Positions 11,072 to 21,407 of a stretch of DNA of 64,000 bases are shown here, piece after piece. The position numbers and the translations under genes were made by a program. The stretch lies in the IMG/VR virus record IMGVR_UViG_2061766007_000047, positions 1 to 64,000 of that record. One strand, given 5' to 3'. The notes under the pieces are model-generated. The model did not search any database. It was not told where the DNA came from and saw nothing but the letters and a program-made list of their open reading frames with translations. Origin of the DNA: a virus. Its lineage: Duplodnaviria > Caudoviricetes. The stretch's first letter is position 1; each line of letters starts with the position of its first letter.

Positions 11072-11809
11072 TTATCCCTCACTTTCCTGTGGCTCAACCA
11101 TTCTTGCACCGCAATTAGGGCAATAGCTATATTGAGAAGTATGTCCATCAATAAAATCATGTATAAGTCCGCATTTACTACACATAAAATGATTATGTGT
11201 TGCGTTATTTTTATCCAAATAATCCATATCTTCTCTATGAACCCATTTACCTTTTCTTGGCTCTTGTGGTGTTACGGGTGATGCTTTTTCTATTTTATCC
11301 AATAGCATCTTTAGTGCTTCTTTGTAGTCACCATCGCACATTACTATTTCAAAGTCCGTAAGACCAATATCTGAACGTCTTATACAATCCAACTCGCCAA
11401 AATCCTTTTCGAGTTTTTTCGAGTTTTTTGCAAGTTCACTCGAAAGCTGTGGTGCTACTGAGGGCAAGGCATGAATATTTTTAACCACTTGTCCCATGCT
11501 CAAATCATAATCTGCTATCAAATCAAGCACTGCCTGTCTACTGATACAATCAACTCCTAAATCATTCTTAGTAGTTAGTGCCTTTCTTGCATCTTCCCAT
11601 ACATCTTTTTCTACAAGAACTAAGAAATGTTCATTGCAGTATTCCACCATTTGTTCGTAAAACGTTTTGTCAACTCCTAAATCATTCTTGGTAATTGGTT
11701 TTTGGCTTTTAGTAACCTCACAATCTTCACAGCCTATTCCGTTAACATCATTCCTAGTACAAATATTTCTATCACAGTATTTTCCCTCAATCGCTTCTTT
11801 TTTGGTCAT
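11072..11809 (-). CDS. Modular hypothetical protein with C-terminal Zn ribbon
   Basis: CISRQAV, PVTPQEPRKGKW, CSKCG...YCPNCGARM; internal 20-bp repeat (TKNDLGVD) at 11550 and 11670. Confidence 0.7.
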   Translation of the reverse strand: MTKKEAIEGKYCDRNICTRNDVNGIGCEDCEVTKSQKPITKNDLGVDKTFYEQMVEYCNEHFLVLVEKDVWEDARKALTTKNDLGVDCISRQAVLDLIADYDLSMGQVVKNIHALPSVAPQLSSELAKNSKKLEKDFGELDCIRRSDIGLTDFEIVMCDGDYKEALKMLLDKIEKASPVTPQEPRKGKWVHREDMDYLDKNNATHNHFMCSKCGLIHDFIDGHTSQYSYCPNCGARMVEPQESEG

Positions 11810-12070
11810 TGTTCTACTCCTTATCACAGTATTTGTCTGCTATCCTCTTTAATGTTTTTGCTATAAAGAATAAACTTACTGTTATACTGCCTATACAAAA
11901 CCCTAAAAGAATCTCATTCATTGTTCTGCTCCTTCAACATACATTCATCAGTTCCTTTTAAGTTCACCCACGACACATATAAATATGGTCTATTAGATAA
12001 ATCTCTTACTAATTCACCCCTAAAACATTTCTTAGGGCATTTATCTGTATAATCTGCACAGTGCGCATAG

Positions 12071-12445
12071 TCATGGTTCATTTTTTATTTCTCCTTCGAA
12101 TAATTCCGTTGACAAATCTTTAAATCTAATCTTTTTCTCGTAATAAGGACTCTCTAAATGTCTTGTCCATTCTTGATAATGTAAATCACATTCAGCGCAT
12201 TTATTAACAGAGCCTAAATAACAATGATAACAAGGGTTCTTCTCCGTGATTTTTACATCACCATAACCTTTAAGAAGTTCCTCGTACATAAACTTACACA
12301 ATAACCACATATCGGACTTAGATAATCTGTTATAAGTTCTAAGCTTTTCATCATTAAAGATGATGTTTAATGCTTTCAATTTACTTTCGGTGCTACTTGA
12401 TTTTCTCTTTAGTATTGTTACCGCTTCCCCTTGTGTTATTTCCAT
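12071..12445 (-). CDS. Hypothetical protein
   Basis: ORF MEITQGEAV... with Cys motif. Confidence 0.55.
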   Translation of the reverse strand: MEITQGEAVTILKRKSSSTESKLKALNIIFNDEKLRTYNRLSKSDMWLLCKFMYEELLKGYGDVKITEKNPCYHCYLGSVNKCAECDLHYQEWTRHLESPYYEKKIRFKDLSTELFEGEIKNEP

Positions 12446-13003
12446 TATTATCCCCAACCTTTTCTTCATACTCAGATGTTATCCATGCTTCACATTGAGT
12501 TTTTTCTAAACAATATTTGCATCTTTCATCCAATCTTTTCTTACAGAAAATTTGTATTGGTAAATCAATCCCAAATACTTCCGCAAATTTCTCCCCATTA
12601 TGATTTTTTTTTGCGAGAAAACCTCTCCCGCTAGGTTGAGGATGAATCGCCACTTTGCCAAAACATCTGTTTGTGGTACAATATATTCATATCGGAACAT
12701 TGACAACTGTATATTGGGTTTTGCCATGAACGCTACAAACAAGCACCTTTGGCAAGTAAAATATACAAGGCTTCTCGTTCCCAAAGCGAATAATCGCTAC
12801 CATTTAAAAGTAAGCCAAAGAGTCTTTTAACTCGATGGTCTAGTGGCACTGTGGACGTGCCGTGTTACACATTTCGTGTTTCAGAAACCACTTCCGTTAG
12901 GTGGTGGTAGTTCATAAGTGCAACGGTAATAATCACAGGTAGTGCAATCTCCTTTATGCCTTTGATAATATTCATCCCTAGCAATTTCAAGTGGGGTGTC
13001 CAT
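12393..13003 (-). pseudogene. 98-aa Cys-rich phage gene interrupted by a 314-bp IS200/IS605-derived insertion
   Basis: Removing 12602-12915 joins MDTPLEIARDEYYQRHKGDCTTCDYYRCT-Y-NGEKFAEVFG... in frame from an AGGAG-preceded ATG at 13003. Confidence 0.75.
12602..12915 (+). mobile_element. Non-autonomous IS200/IS605-family element (MITE/PATE-like, possible omegaRNA scaffold)
   Basis: Inserted 3' of TTAT with no target duplication; subterminal imperfect hairpins (ACCTCTCCCGCTAGGTTGAGG; AACCACTTCCGTTAGGTGGTGG); ends TAGTTCAT; internal TTGCCA-N16-TACAAT promoter. Confidence 0.75.
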
Positions 13004-13306
13004 TTTCCTTCTCCTTGTAGTATTCCTTCATCTTCTTTTTCTTCCAATATCTCTCGCGCTCTTTTTTTAAAATTTCTTCACGGTTTTTGTAATACCATTC
13101 CTTCTTCTTACGAAGTTTTTCTTCTCTATGAGTCCGATAATATTCCCTTGTCCATTCAGACCTATCCTTGTATCTATCTTGTTCTATTTTTTTAGCAATG
13201 ATTTCATCTCTATGCTTTTGGTAATAACGTTTCTGATAGACACGATGTTTAGCCCTCTTTAATTCTAGGGATTTTTCATCAACTTCTTCCTTCCAAATAC
13301 TCATTA

Positions 13307-13774
13307 TTACCATTCCTTATAAAAATCATCATCAAAAGTATCTTCTTTAACCAAGCCAAAATTATAGAACTTATCTACAGCAGTAAAAAGTTTATCGCCA
13401 TACCATCCGTAGCCTGTATCTTCCAACCCATTTTCTAAAACGATGCACCAAGATTGAACTACACCATGCATCAATGATGCGCTGATACCTCTGTGATTTA
13501 CAGCTTTCTCGATACCAAATTCAACATCTTGTTTAAGCTGATTTAATATATTCTCTTCTGTCCACTCTTTTACAGGTCTTTCACCTTCACCCGTGTACTT
13601 GTAATCAAATTTTTCCCATTCAGATGTAGGGATAAAGTCTAGTAATCTCTTCGTAAATCTTCTATCAAAAAAAGTATCTTGTTCAATTTCATCAATATGT
13701 TCCTTTACATACTCTAATGATTTCATTCTTTCTTTTCTCCTTTTCCATTCTTTTTCCCTTTCGGTCTGATTCAC
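13307..13774 (-). CDS. Hypothetical protein
   Basis: 155-aa ORF with a conserved-looking EKAVNHRGISASLM motif. Confidence 0.6.
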   Translation of the reverse strand: MNQTEREKEWKRRKERMKSLEYVKEHIDEIEQDTFFDRRFTKRLLDFIPTSEWEKFDYKYTGEGERPVKEWTEENILNQLKQDVEFGIEKAVNHRGISASLMHGVVQSWCIVLENGLEDTGYGWYGDKLFTAVDKFYNFGLVKEDTFDDDFYKEW

Positions 13775-13988
13775 TAATCTAACCCTCGTTCCTCTAAGAA
13801 CGTAATGTAATCCATAGTGTATTTAGTTTCACCTTCTTCACGGTCTTCTTCGATATCTTTATCAAATTTCTCAAAAAGATAGTTCTTAAGGCATAAATCA
13901 TCATTATCTCTACAGAAACTTTCATCATCATACCTTAAGAACCAACTTTTGATTTCTCTCCCGCACCATTTACAGGTTCTTGCCATAT

Positions 13989-14240
13989 TTAATCCTCTTT
14001 AAGAACGTACTTGGCAAACTTGCATATATGTCCGTATCTGTCCTTTTCAATCTGTTCTTCTGTTTCAATATCATAGCCTTTCTTTCTAAGGTTAAAGATA
14101 ATAGCCGATAACCTTGTAGCACCATAAAGCTGAAAAGCTTCCATGCTTGTGATATGTCCTCTTACCTTAAGATGCTTAAGAATTTCCCCTGCCTTAGTCT
14201 TTTTCTCGTTTCTGTCCTTGATATAAGCTAACATTTTCAT
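13989..14240 (-). CDS. Helix-turn-helix protein
   Basis: GHITSMEAFQLYGATRLSAIIFNLRKKGYDI. Confidence 0.75.
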   Translation of the reverse strand: MKMLAYIKDRNEKKTKAGEILKHLKVRGHITSMEAFQLYGATRLSAIIFNLRKKGYDIETEEQIEKDRYGHICKFAKYVLKED

Positions 14241-14712
14241 ACTCTCCTTTTATCCTTTATGAATTTTTCTCGATTTCATCTAACACGCTCTGATATTCTT
14301 TGGCGAGTTTTTCGTAATCCTCTTTAACCTTATTGTTTTCAGCAATAAGAGAATTAACATATTCTGTCAAAGCCTTTCCATCTTCTTCATAAAGCTTGAC
14401 ATAGGTATGAACGCTCCATGTATTATTTCTGATATTACTTACAACGCTACGTCCAAATTCAACCTGTGTTGCCATCTAAACCAACTCCTTCCCAAATCCT
14501 TTTTGCTTCACTTCCTGCGTCTAACATGACGCGATATATTGACCCGCCAATCTCGGTATCCCCGTATTGTTCCTTAAACTTGTCGCATTCATTCATATAT
14601 ACATCCCAAGTAGCCTGTTCTCTTAAATCAGCTTCTTTAAGGGTTTTCATAATATGCCAAGCCTTTGTGTACGGGTCATATATCCTGTCCTTAAAACCAT
14701 CTAAATAATTGT

Positions 14713-16563
14713 TCATTTCCATGGCAAATCTGCATCCTCTTCCATGTCCTTAAAACCATCATTTTCAAGTCCTGCTGTCCATCCGTAATCCATATCGGGG
14801 TTGTCGTGAACTCCAAAGATACGTTTCGATTTAGGCTCAAAATCAAGAACCCATCCTTCAACATTGGTAACACCAAAAACTCTGTTTTTCAGAAGTTTCA
14901 GTATTCTCTGTTCGGGAGTTACTTCTCCCTGTTCAAGCTGTCGCTTGTTTCCAATATCGTAGCTTAGTGTTATTGAACCTAAATTAGTGATATCGGATGA
15001 ACCACTTACTTCATCACTTTCTTCATTCCCATATGCTCCGTTCTTACGCTTATGCGCTACGAGCAATATGAGAACGTTATATTTCATTGCTATCCTTACA
15101 AGGGCTTTTACGAATTTACTCTGTCTTTCATATTTGTCGCTTTCCCTTGAATCATCCAAATCCAACGCTGTCATAAGGTTGTCAATAAGGATTACTCTCA
15201 CTCCATATCTCGATATAACTTCTTCCACAAGGCTAATTAAGCCCTTACTTTCATCTTCTACAGAAGTGGAATCGTAAATATAGATGTTATCCCTATACCA
15301 TTCCTTAATCAGCTTCTTATTAGTGTCAGATATCCTATATCCTTCTGACCCATAGCGTGTTGTATAGGTCTGAATATGGTTCTTACCTGCAAGTTGGTAG
15401 TCTAACCATGCCTTAAACAGATGGTTTGCAAGTTCTCCCGAATAAGCAAAGCACTTATATCCCTGCTCCAAGGCATTAGCAATTATCTGACTTGCAAGGC
15501 TACTCTTACCTTTTCCCGATTTCCCTGTGATAATCGTTACTCCACCAAAAAACAATCCACCGTACAGCATCTTATCTAAATCATTTATGCCCGATTTCAT
15601 TTTCTCGATATCGTAGATATTCACATCGGCTACATCAGCTAATTCAATAACCTGCTGAATAGGCAAATCAACTGCTGTTTCAACACAAGTCCTTAAATGT
15701 GCTTCTCCGTATTTCCGAAGCAAATCATTCGCGTCCTTGCAATCTTTGTACATCTCTTCCTTAACGTGTTTTATTCTCAGCCTTGAAAAACGCTGTTTTA
15801 TCTCGTCAAGAAGTGTTATCCTGCCCTTTTCGTAATCACCAAAAACGATAATCGTGTCAAACTGATTTACCCAATCCCAACAGTAAGATATCCATGTGAA
15901 TCCGTTTGCTCCGTTTGGTACAGAAACCGCATTCTCAATTCCTGCCTGTGCAATTGATAGGCTATCAATCTGTCCTTCCGCAATCACAAGAGTTTTGTTT
16001 TGCAGATTGCATTGATTCATCCCAAATAATATTGGTTTTCCATCAGCTTCGCACCACTCTTTGTTTTTATCTCTCTCTTTATCAAAATCCGTCTTACGAT
16101 ACTTAATGAACTCTAATCGTCCCTTGTCGTTATAGAACGGAAATACCAAGATATTTTCATGGTCGTTCTGCACCGTAATCTGATATTTCTTCGCAATTTC
16201 CGAACCAATACCTCTGCTCTTTAAATAAACAAGCGCAGGGTCTTTGGGTACAATTGGTTGTTCGGGTGTCTTAAAAGTTTTAAACTTCTTTCTCGGTCTG
16301 AAATATTCGTCAACGATATTCCCTAACGAAAAATCAAAGTCTTTTGCCAATGTGAGCATATTGCCTTGATACCCACAGGATTCTCTAAGGCACTTAAACT
16401 GTCCTGTTTTAAGATTGATGGCAAACGTTTTCTTATCTGACGTTCTTTGGTTACACATGGGGCATTTCTGAAAATGGAGTTTTCCATTTCTCTCTGTACA
16501 TTTAATTCCCATAAACCTAGCAAAATCGTAGGCATCTTCGGGTTTAAATTCATACATTCCCAT
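14713..16563 (-). CDS. Primase-helicase (Zn finger + Toprim + SF4 helicase, T7 gp4/Twinkle-like)
   Basis: CPMC..C..C; EGQIDSLS, FGDYE, KDAND; Walker A GKSGKGKS; ILIDNL; LVAH. Confidence 0.9.
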   Translation of the reverse strand: MGMYEFKPEDAYDFARFMGIKCTERNGKLHFQKCPMCNQRTSDKKTFAINLKTGQFKCLRESCGYQGNMLTLAKDFDFSLGNIVDEYFRPRKKFKTFKTPEQPIVPKDPALVYLKSRGIGSEIAKKYQITVQNDHENILVFPFYNDKGRLEFIKYRKTDFDKERDKNKEWCEADGKPILFGMNQCNLQNKTLVIAEGQIDSLSIAQAGIENAVSVPNGANGFTWISYCWDWVNQFDTIIVFGDYEKGRITLLDEIKQRFSRLRIKHVKEEMYKDCKDANDLLRKYGEAHLRTCVETAVDLPIQQVIELADVADVNIYDIEKMKSGINDLDKMLYGGLFFGGVTIITGKSGKGKSSLASQIIANALEQGYKCFAYSGELANHLFKAWLDYQLAGKNHIQTYTTRYGSEGYRISDTNKKLIKEWYRDNIYIYDSTSVEDESKGLISLVEEVISRYGVRVILIDNLMTALDLDDSRESDKYERQSKFVKALVRIAMKYNVLILLVAHKRKNGAYGNEESDEVSGSSDITNLGSITLSYDIGNKRQLEQGEVTPEQRILKLLKNRVFGVTNVEGWVLDFEPKSKRIFGVHDNPDMDYGWTAGLENDGFKDMEEDADLPWK

Positions 16564-17481
16564 TTATGCGTCCTCGAATTGTTTTGTCCATTCCTCACTC
16601 GGTTCATCTTCAACAGATTTCTGCGGTGGATATACATTTGCTTTAGGGATTTGTTCAATAGGCTTAAACTTGCTTAATCTGTCCCATAAAACACCCATAT
16701 AATTCTCGGTGATTGAATAATCCACCACATTGAGTACAGCTTGATTTCCGTACTTTTTAGCTGATTCCACGAACTTATTCATCAGCTTCACCAACCCGAT
16801 AGCGGTATTGTAATGATTAGAAGATTTAGGGCTTCTGCCATCCTTATATTCAAGCCACTCTCTTAAACAATCTAAAATAATCATGTTGCTATTGAGCCAA
16901 TCCTTATGCTCGTAATTCGTGTAGCTAAGAATATACATGGCATTTTCAACATTTGTATGTTTGCCAAAATCTCTCTCTTCATTCGAAGAAGGTTTTTTCC
17001 CCTCAACTTCTTCATCATTTAACTCTTTTTCCTCGGTGTCACCGCTTGTTTCAAGAAGATTTTCCTGCGGAACTTCCCCACATGGTAAAGACTTCTTCTT
17101 GGCTCTATGTTCACGAACTCTCTGTGCTGATTCACTCTCGGAAAATATCAATGAGTCCATCTGTGTAAGAAAGATTTCATCATCATTTACAAGCTGTAAT
17201 AAGCCCATTTTTTCAAGGTACATCAGCGTAACACGCACGTTCTCTGCATCTTCATCGATTTCAAGAGCAAGTTCCTCATGGAAGGTATCTTCAACTCCAT
17301 CAAAATACAATCTCCCATCACTCTTAAGACTCAAAAGCATTAGTTTAAGGTAAATAACAGTATAGGTATCCCCACCCGCTATTTTTCTCAGCTTCTTTAC
17401 TTCCTTATCTTGAAAAAACTCTTCTTTCAATTTCAACCAATAATACCTTTTCACAGTTTTACTCTGCTTTTGTTGCCCCAT
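16564..17481 (-). CDS. Replisome organizer / replication initiator
   Basis: KRYYWLKLKEEFF...KKLRKIAGGDTYTVIYLKLMLLSL N-terminal domain. Confidence 0.9.
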   Translation of the reverse strand: MGQQKQSKTVKRYYWLKLKEEFFQDKEVKKLRKIAGGDTYTVIYLKLMLLSLKSDGRLYFDGVEDTFHEELALEIDEDAENVRVTLMYLEKMGLLQLVNDDEIFLTQMDSLIFSESESAQRVREHRAKKKSLPCGEVPQENLLETSGDTEEKELNDEEVEGKKPSSNEERDFGKHTNVENAMYILSYTNYEHKDWLNSNMIILDCLREWLEYKDGRSPKSSNHYNTAIGLVKLMNKFVESAKKYGNQAVLNVVDYSITENYMGVLWDRLSKFKPIEQIPKANVYPPQKSVEDEPSEEWTKQFEDA

Positions 17482-17502
17482 TATAGTGTTTCCCCCTATC
17501 GG

Positions 17503-17763
17503 TTATTTGTAATTGTCTTCCAACGCAACCCCGCCATTACTCATGGTCTGATAGTCTTTAACTGCTCCTGCTATTGTTGGGTGTCCTGTTGTACACCAAA
17601 TTCCACAAGAACACTGACAAGAATAGTTTTCTCCCCCACGGATGCTATTCTTGGTGATAAGAACAGGCTTATCCTTACAGCAACCGTTCTTCATATAGGC
17701 TAATCCGACTACAGTATAAGCAGGGCTTACATTGTCTGTATCATAAGTAAATGCCTGTATCAT
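17503..17763 (-). CDS. Small Zn-binding protein
   Basis: CC..P..YSCQCSCG motif. Confidence 0.55.
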   Translation of the reverse strand: MIQAFTYDTDNVSPAYTVVGLAYMKNGCCKDKPVLITKNSIRGGENYSCQCSCGIWCTTGHPTIAGAVKDYQTMSNGGVALEDNYK

Positions 17764-18182
17764 TAGTCCACATCCTCTATTATTGTTAATTCAGTTCCAA
17801 TATTGCCATCGGTAGCATACCTTTTAATAACGGTAAGCTTTGTAATAAGTGAATCGTCTGCAAAAGCTATCCCATTACAGCCATCCAACAATCCCTTTGC
17901 CATATTATCCGCATCGGGTCGCTTGGTATGTCTTATGACTCCTGTAGTCATCAATTCTTTCTTTTTCTTTGACGTACTAGCAGGAATCGGCATATTAAAG
18001 ACAAGCTTTACAGCAATAGCACAATCGTAGTAATCATCCGTTTGACTTGCGTAATACTCCGCAACCTTTTTTTCGTAATCCCTTGTAGTTTGTGGCGTAT
18101 AGGAATGACCTGTCTTCATATTGAATCTAGGTCTTCCTTTTGGGATAGGTTCAAACGGAAAAAATACTTCTGTTTTTTTCAC
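17763..18182 (-). CDS. rusA: Holliday junction resolvase RusA-like
   Basis: PKGRPRF, KRPDADNMAKGLLDGCNGIAFADDS. Confidence 0.9.
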   Translation of the reverse strand: MKKTEVFFPFEPIPKGRPRFNMKTGHSYTPQTTRDYEKKVAEYYASQTDDYYDCAIAVKLVFNMPIPASTSKKKKELMTTGVIRHTKRPDADNMAKGLLDGCNGIAFADDSLITKLTVIKRYATDGNIGTELTIIEDVD

Positions 18183-18205
18183 CCCTTAATCCCCCTTAAT
18201 ACAGC

Positions 18206-18628
18206 TTAATTAAATGGCAACTCGTTCACATCATCGGGCAAATTGGTGAAGCCATCATTTGCAGGGTCAACCTGTGGCTGTGCGTTCTGCTGTGCATTCT
18301 GCTGATTGTTTCCCTTGCTCTCAACAAACTCGGTCTTTTCAACAACAATATCGGTTGTGTATCTCTTCTGACCGTTCTTATCGGTATATGAGCCTGTCTG
18401 AATACGTCCCTCGATACCGATTCTCATTCCCTTGGAGAAATACTTTTGAAGGAAATCTGCTGTCTTTCCGAAAGCGACAAGATTAAGGAAATCTACACCA
18501 TACTCTCCTGTCTGCTTATCCTTAAACTCTCTTTGCACAGCAACGCTTGTTCTTGCTATTGTGCTTCCATTGTTCTCCCTGTAATCAACGTCCTGTGAAA
18601 GTCTGCCAATCAGAATTACTTTGTTCAT
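18206..18628 (-). CDS. ssb: Single-stranded DNA-binding protein
   Basis: MNKVILIGRL, EGRIQTGSY, acidic tail ending ELPFN. Confidence 0.95.
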   Translation of the reverse strand: MNKVILIGRLSQDVDYRENNGSTIARTSVAVQREFKDKQTGEYGVDFLNLVAFGKTADFLQKYFSKGMRIGIEGRIQTGSYTDKNGQKRYTTDIVVEKTEFVESKGNNQQNAQQNAQPQVDPANDGFTNLPDDVNELPFN

Positions 18629-18640
18629 ATCTTTTCTCCT

Positions 18641-19048
18641 TTACTCATTGAAAAAGTTTTTGAAAATATCGTCAGCGGTAAAATCAGTATGTTCTTCTTT
18701 GGGCTGATTTAAGTGTTGGTATTTGTCGCACTCTTCCTTAAGGTCACAATTTTCGCAATCCTCGCAATCAATCGTATTCTCCAACATCTCCTTAAATTCA
18801 TCGGGAGTCATTGTTCCACCATTTACGATTTTCACGTTAGTTCCTTCAAGACCAATCTCTAACACTTCAAGAATATCTACAGGGTCTAACTTGTCATGAT
18901 GAATGCATTGTTGAATGATGTAACTAATATCAGCCATGAGTTCTGTTCTATCGCCTTGTATCTTTGTTATTCCGTGGTCGCAAAAAATCATTATTTTATC
19001 TCCATTAGTCCAAAAAATTCTTTCCGTACCTTTCAATCCAATCCTCAA
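18641..19048 (-). CDS. Hypothetical protein
   Basis: ORF in recombination operon; start uncertain. Confidence 0.55.
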   Translation of the reverse strand: MRIGLKGTERIFWTNGDKIMIFCDHGITKIQGDRTELMADISYIIQQCIHHDKLDPVDILEVLEIGLEGTNVKIVNGGTMTPDEFKEMLENTIDCEDCENCDLKEECDKYQHLNQPKEEHTDFTADDIFKNFFNE

Positions 19049-19319
19049 CAGTTTTCCCGTAATGTTCCAACCATACTTTTTCTGCCAACTGTTTAAGTTC
19101 TAATTGGTATTCCTGCTGTTGGTGCAATCTCATATGATGATTGTGACAAAGTTGTACGGTCAATCCATCAGCATCGGCGTAGGCTTTTTTATTACCGAAT
19201 AGCATATGATGGGTGTCAGTTCCATCAATGAATCGTCCCATCTTCTTACAGATAAAACAGTATTCATCATTGTTCGGAATTATACTTTTAGCTAATTCAC
19301 GTTGTCCCATCTCGTTCAC
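19005..19319 (-). CDS. HNH-like nuclease
   Basis: CFIC...HH..FG...LC HNHH..LH motif. Confidence 0.7.
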   Translation of the reverse strand: MNEMGQRELAKSIIPNNDEYCFICKKMGRFIDGTDTHHMLFGNKKAYADADGLTVQLCHNHHMRLHQQQEYQLELKQLAEKVWLEHYGKTVEDWIERYGKNFLD

Positions 19320-19327
19320 CTGTAATG

Positions 19328-19876
19328 TTAAGTTTGTTTGGCATCTTCATCTCCTATATCCATGCTTTTTGCATATTTGTTTTCCCAAAGAGAAATCATG
19401 TGTGCAATCTCAGCAGGTGTTGCCGTTTCGATATCCTGTTGTTGGCATTCTTGAATACAACCTTGTAGTAATGTGTTAAATTCAGCCGAATTATAAGTGT
19501 GGGAAGGTCTGTAAACTCTATAGAAATAAACCTTCTTTCCATTTTCTTCCGTAACTTTTACACACTTAGTATGAATGGTTTCAAGTTCTTCCATGTACGA
19601 TTCGGGGGCGTTTGTTTTGTAAATCATCGGTTCGTCTTCGATGTACATTACCTGTCCATAATCAGCTATTAACTGATTCTTACAACGTGCCATTGAAATA
19701 CCTAGTTTCAGCCTAAGTTTATCGGTCAAGACGTGAAAATAAGCATTAGCGTCTAAGCTTCGCTTCTTTCGATGTTTTGTTAAATCCCATAACTGCTCTT
19801 TGTCTATGCCATCACCCATAAGGAATGTCATTATTGCAAGAGCATTTCCTGTGAATTTATCAGCCATTGCTCTCAC
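19328..19876 (-). CDS. NinB-like recombination accessory protein
   Basis: KKRSLDANAYFHVL...SHTYNSAEFNTLL...DIET. Confidence 0.65.
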   Translation of the reverse strand: MRAMADKFTGNALAIMTFLMGDGIDKEQLWDLTKHRKKRSLDANAYFHVLTDKLRLKLGISMARCKNQLIADYGQVMYIEDEPMIYKTNAPESYMEELETIHTKCVKVTEENGKKVYFYRVYRPSHTYNSAEFNTLLQGCIQECQQQDIETATPAEIAHMISLWENKYAKSMDIGDEDAKQT

Positions 19877-20615
19877 CCTTGTTTGGTGTCTTTGCTAAAT
19901 TATTTAAAATAGCAACAGCAGTAACTTGGGTCATTTCTTCAAGGGATTTAGTCTGTGCGTAGTACAGGATGGTCTTCATGTTAATTCCTGTTCTTTCCAT
20001 TTCATCCTTAATCATTTGAAGCTGTGCATCAGATATCTTAGCGTTCTGTTCGGGAACAAGGTTCTTATCAACAGAATCAATCATTTCTTGATTTTTCTGC
20101 TCGTCATTAAGCTGTGCTTCATGTTCCTGCTTCTTAACAGCTTCCTTCTCAGCCTTTTGCTTGTCGGCTACTTCCTTATCTGACTTCTTTTTATCCTCTA
20201 CAGCCTTTTTCTTTTCTTCATCTGTGGTTTCCTGCGTATCCTCGTCTACAGTATCATCGATACAGAAAAGACCATTTAGAGCATATTTTCTAGCATAAGT
20301 AGAAGATGCTCCTGTTATTTGGCTATCAGACATTCCTTTTACAGCTAAAGGCTCTCTTGCAAAAGCTGTGTTCTCAACAATACTCCCATCTTCAAGGTCA
20401 ACAAACCTTGCGGTAGTTTTTACGTAGATACGCTCTGCAATCTGCACCACATCGTCTGTCATAAACAGGGTTGCTCCAACTTCGACAAGTAATGGCTTGA
20501 CACCATCAAGAATGTCTTCGCAAGAACGATAGTTATATCCCCCAAATTTATTGAACTTCGATTTGGGCGCGTTCAGCTTCTTTTGTACCGTCAACAACTT
20601 TTCATACACACTCAT
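19860..20615 (-). CDS. erf: ERF-family single-strand annealing protein
   Basis: NKFGGYNYRSCEDIL, QITGASSTYARKYALNGLFCIDD. Confidence 0.9.
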   Translation of the reverse strand: MSVYEKLLTVQKKLNAPKSKFNKFGGYNYRSCEDILDGVKPLLVEVGATLFMTDDVVQIAERIYVKTTARFVDLEDGSIVENTAFAREPLAVKGMSDSQITGASSTYARKYALNGLFCIDDTVDEDTQETTDEEKKKAVEDKKKSDKEVADKQKAEKEAVKKQEHEAQLNDEQKNQEMIDSVDKNLVPEQNAKISDAQLQMIKDEMERTGINMKTILYYAQTKSLEEMTQVTAVAILNNLAKTPNKGESNG

Positions 20616-20618
20616 ACT

Positions 20619-21407
20619 TTATTCCTCTCTAAAAGTAATATTTGAAAACTTTAAGAACTGCCTTACCTGTTCTGCATCAGCTTCACTTACGATAAAATGA
20701 TGCATTCTGATTGCACTTGCTAAATCATCAAGCTTTTCGATTGGCTTCTTTATTTCAGCTTCTTTAACCTTTTCAACAACCTTATTCTTGTCGCTCAGAT
20801 ATTGAGTATTTCTCTGAATGGCTACAGAAAGATTATTCCCACTCTCTAAGTAGGCATCCAAACACTCCTGCTCAACCTCGCTATTGAGGGCTTTAATAGC
20901 ATTGATATCGTTCTTGATTTTCAAGACCATTCCGTTAAGGTCAAAGACGATATCTTGGTCTTTGGTTGAAACATTAAGCCACTTAGGGTTCTCGCTCATT
21001 ACCTTCTCAAAAGGTAGATACTGCTCCAACCCTTGAATATTGTTGTCGTATAAGGTCTTAATATGCTCCTGCTTCTCTCTAGCGCGTTCTTCATCAAATA
21101 GCTTTAATTGACTATTGATAAGGTTAATAGGCGCATCAACAAGTGCAATTACTTCCTTGCAACGACTTTCGAACTTCTGATAAGGTTCATTCCAAGCCTG
21201 TTTTACTGCCTTGCGGGAATCATCCAAATTTGATTTAAGCTTTCTCAAATCAGCCAACAGCTTCTTATCAGCTTTGATGGAATCCTCGGTAACAACATAA
21301 TCCCTGTACTCAGCCATTTTCTCTTTTAATTCAGCTTCAATAGCATCAAGGTTAGTGTTGATAACTCCCGCTTGTTGGTCTACTACCAATTCATTCAGTT
21401 CTGCCAT
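20619..21407 (-). CDS. DUF1351-like coiled-coil protein
   Basis: ADLRKL...RKAVK..WNEPY..FE...PI; usual neighbour of ERF. Confidence 0.75.
   Translation of the reverse strand: MAELNELVVDQQAGVINTNLDAIEAELKEKMAEYRDYVVTEDSIKADKKLLADLRKLKSNLDDSRKAVKQAWNEPYQKFESRCKEVIALVDAPINLINSQLKLFDEERAREKQEHIKTLYDNNIQGLEQYLPFEKVMSENPKWLNVSTKDQDIVFDLNGMVLKIKNDINAIKALNSEVEQECLDAYLESGNNLSVAIQRNTQYLSDKNKVVEKVKEAEIKKPIEKLDDLASAIRMHHFIVSEADAEQVRQFLKFSNITFREE

Noticed and set aside
12506-13047. ORFs 12506-12784, 12600-12830 and 12865-13047 as real genes
   Set aside because: They are chance frames across the IS-derived insertion; the in-frame rejoined gene explains the locus better
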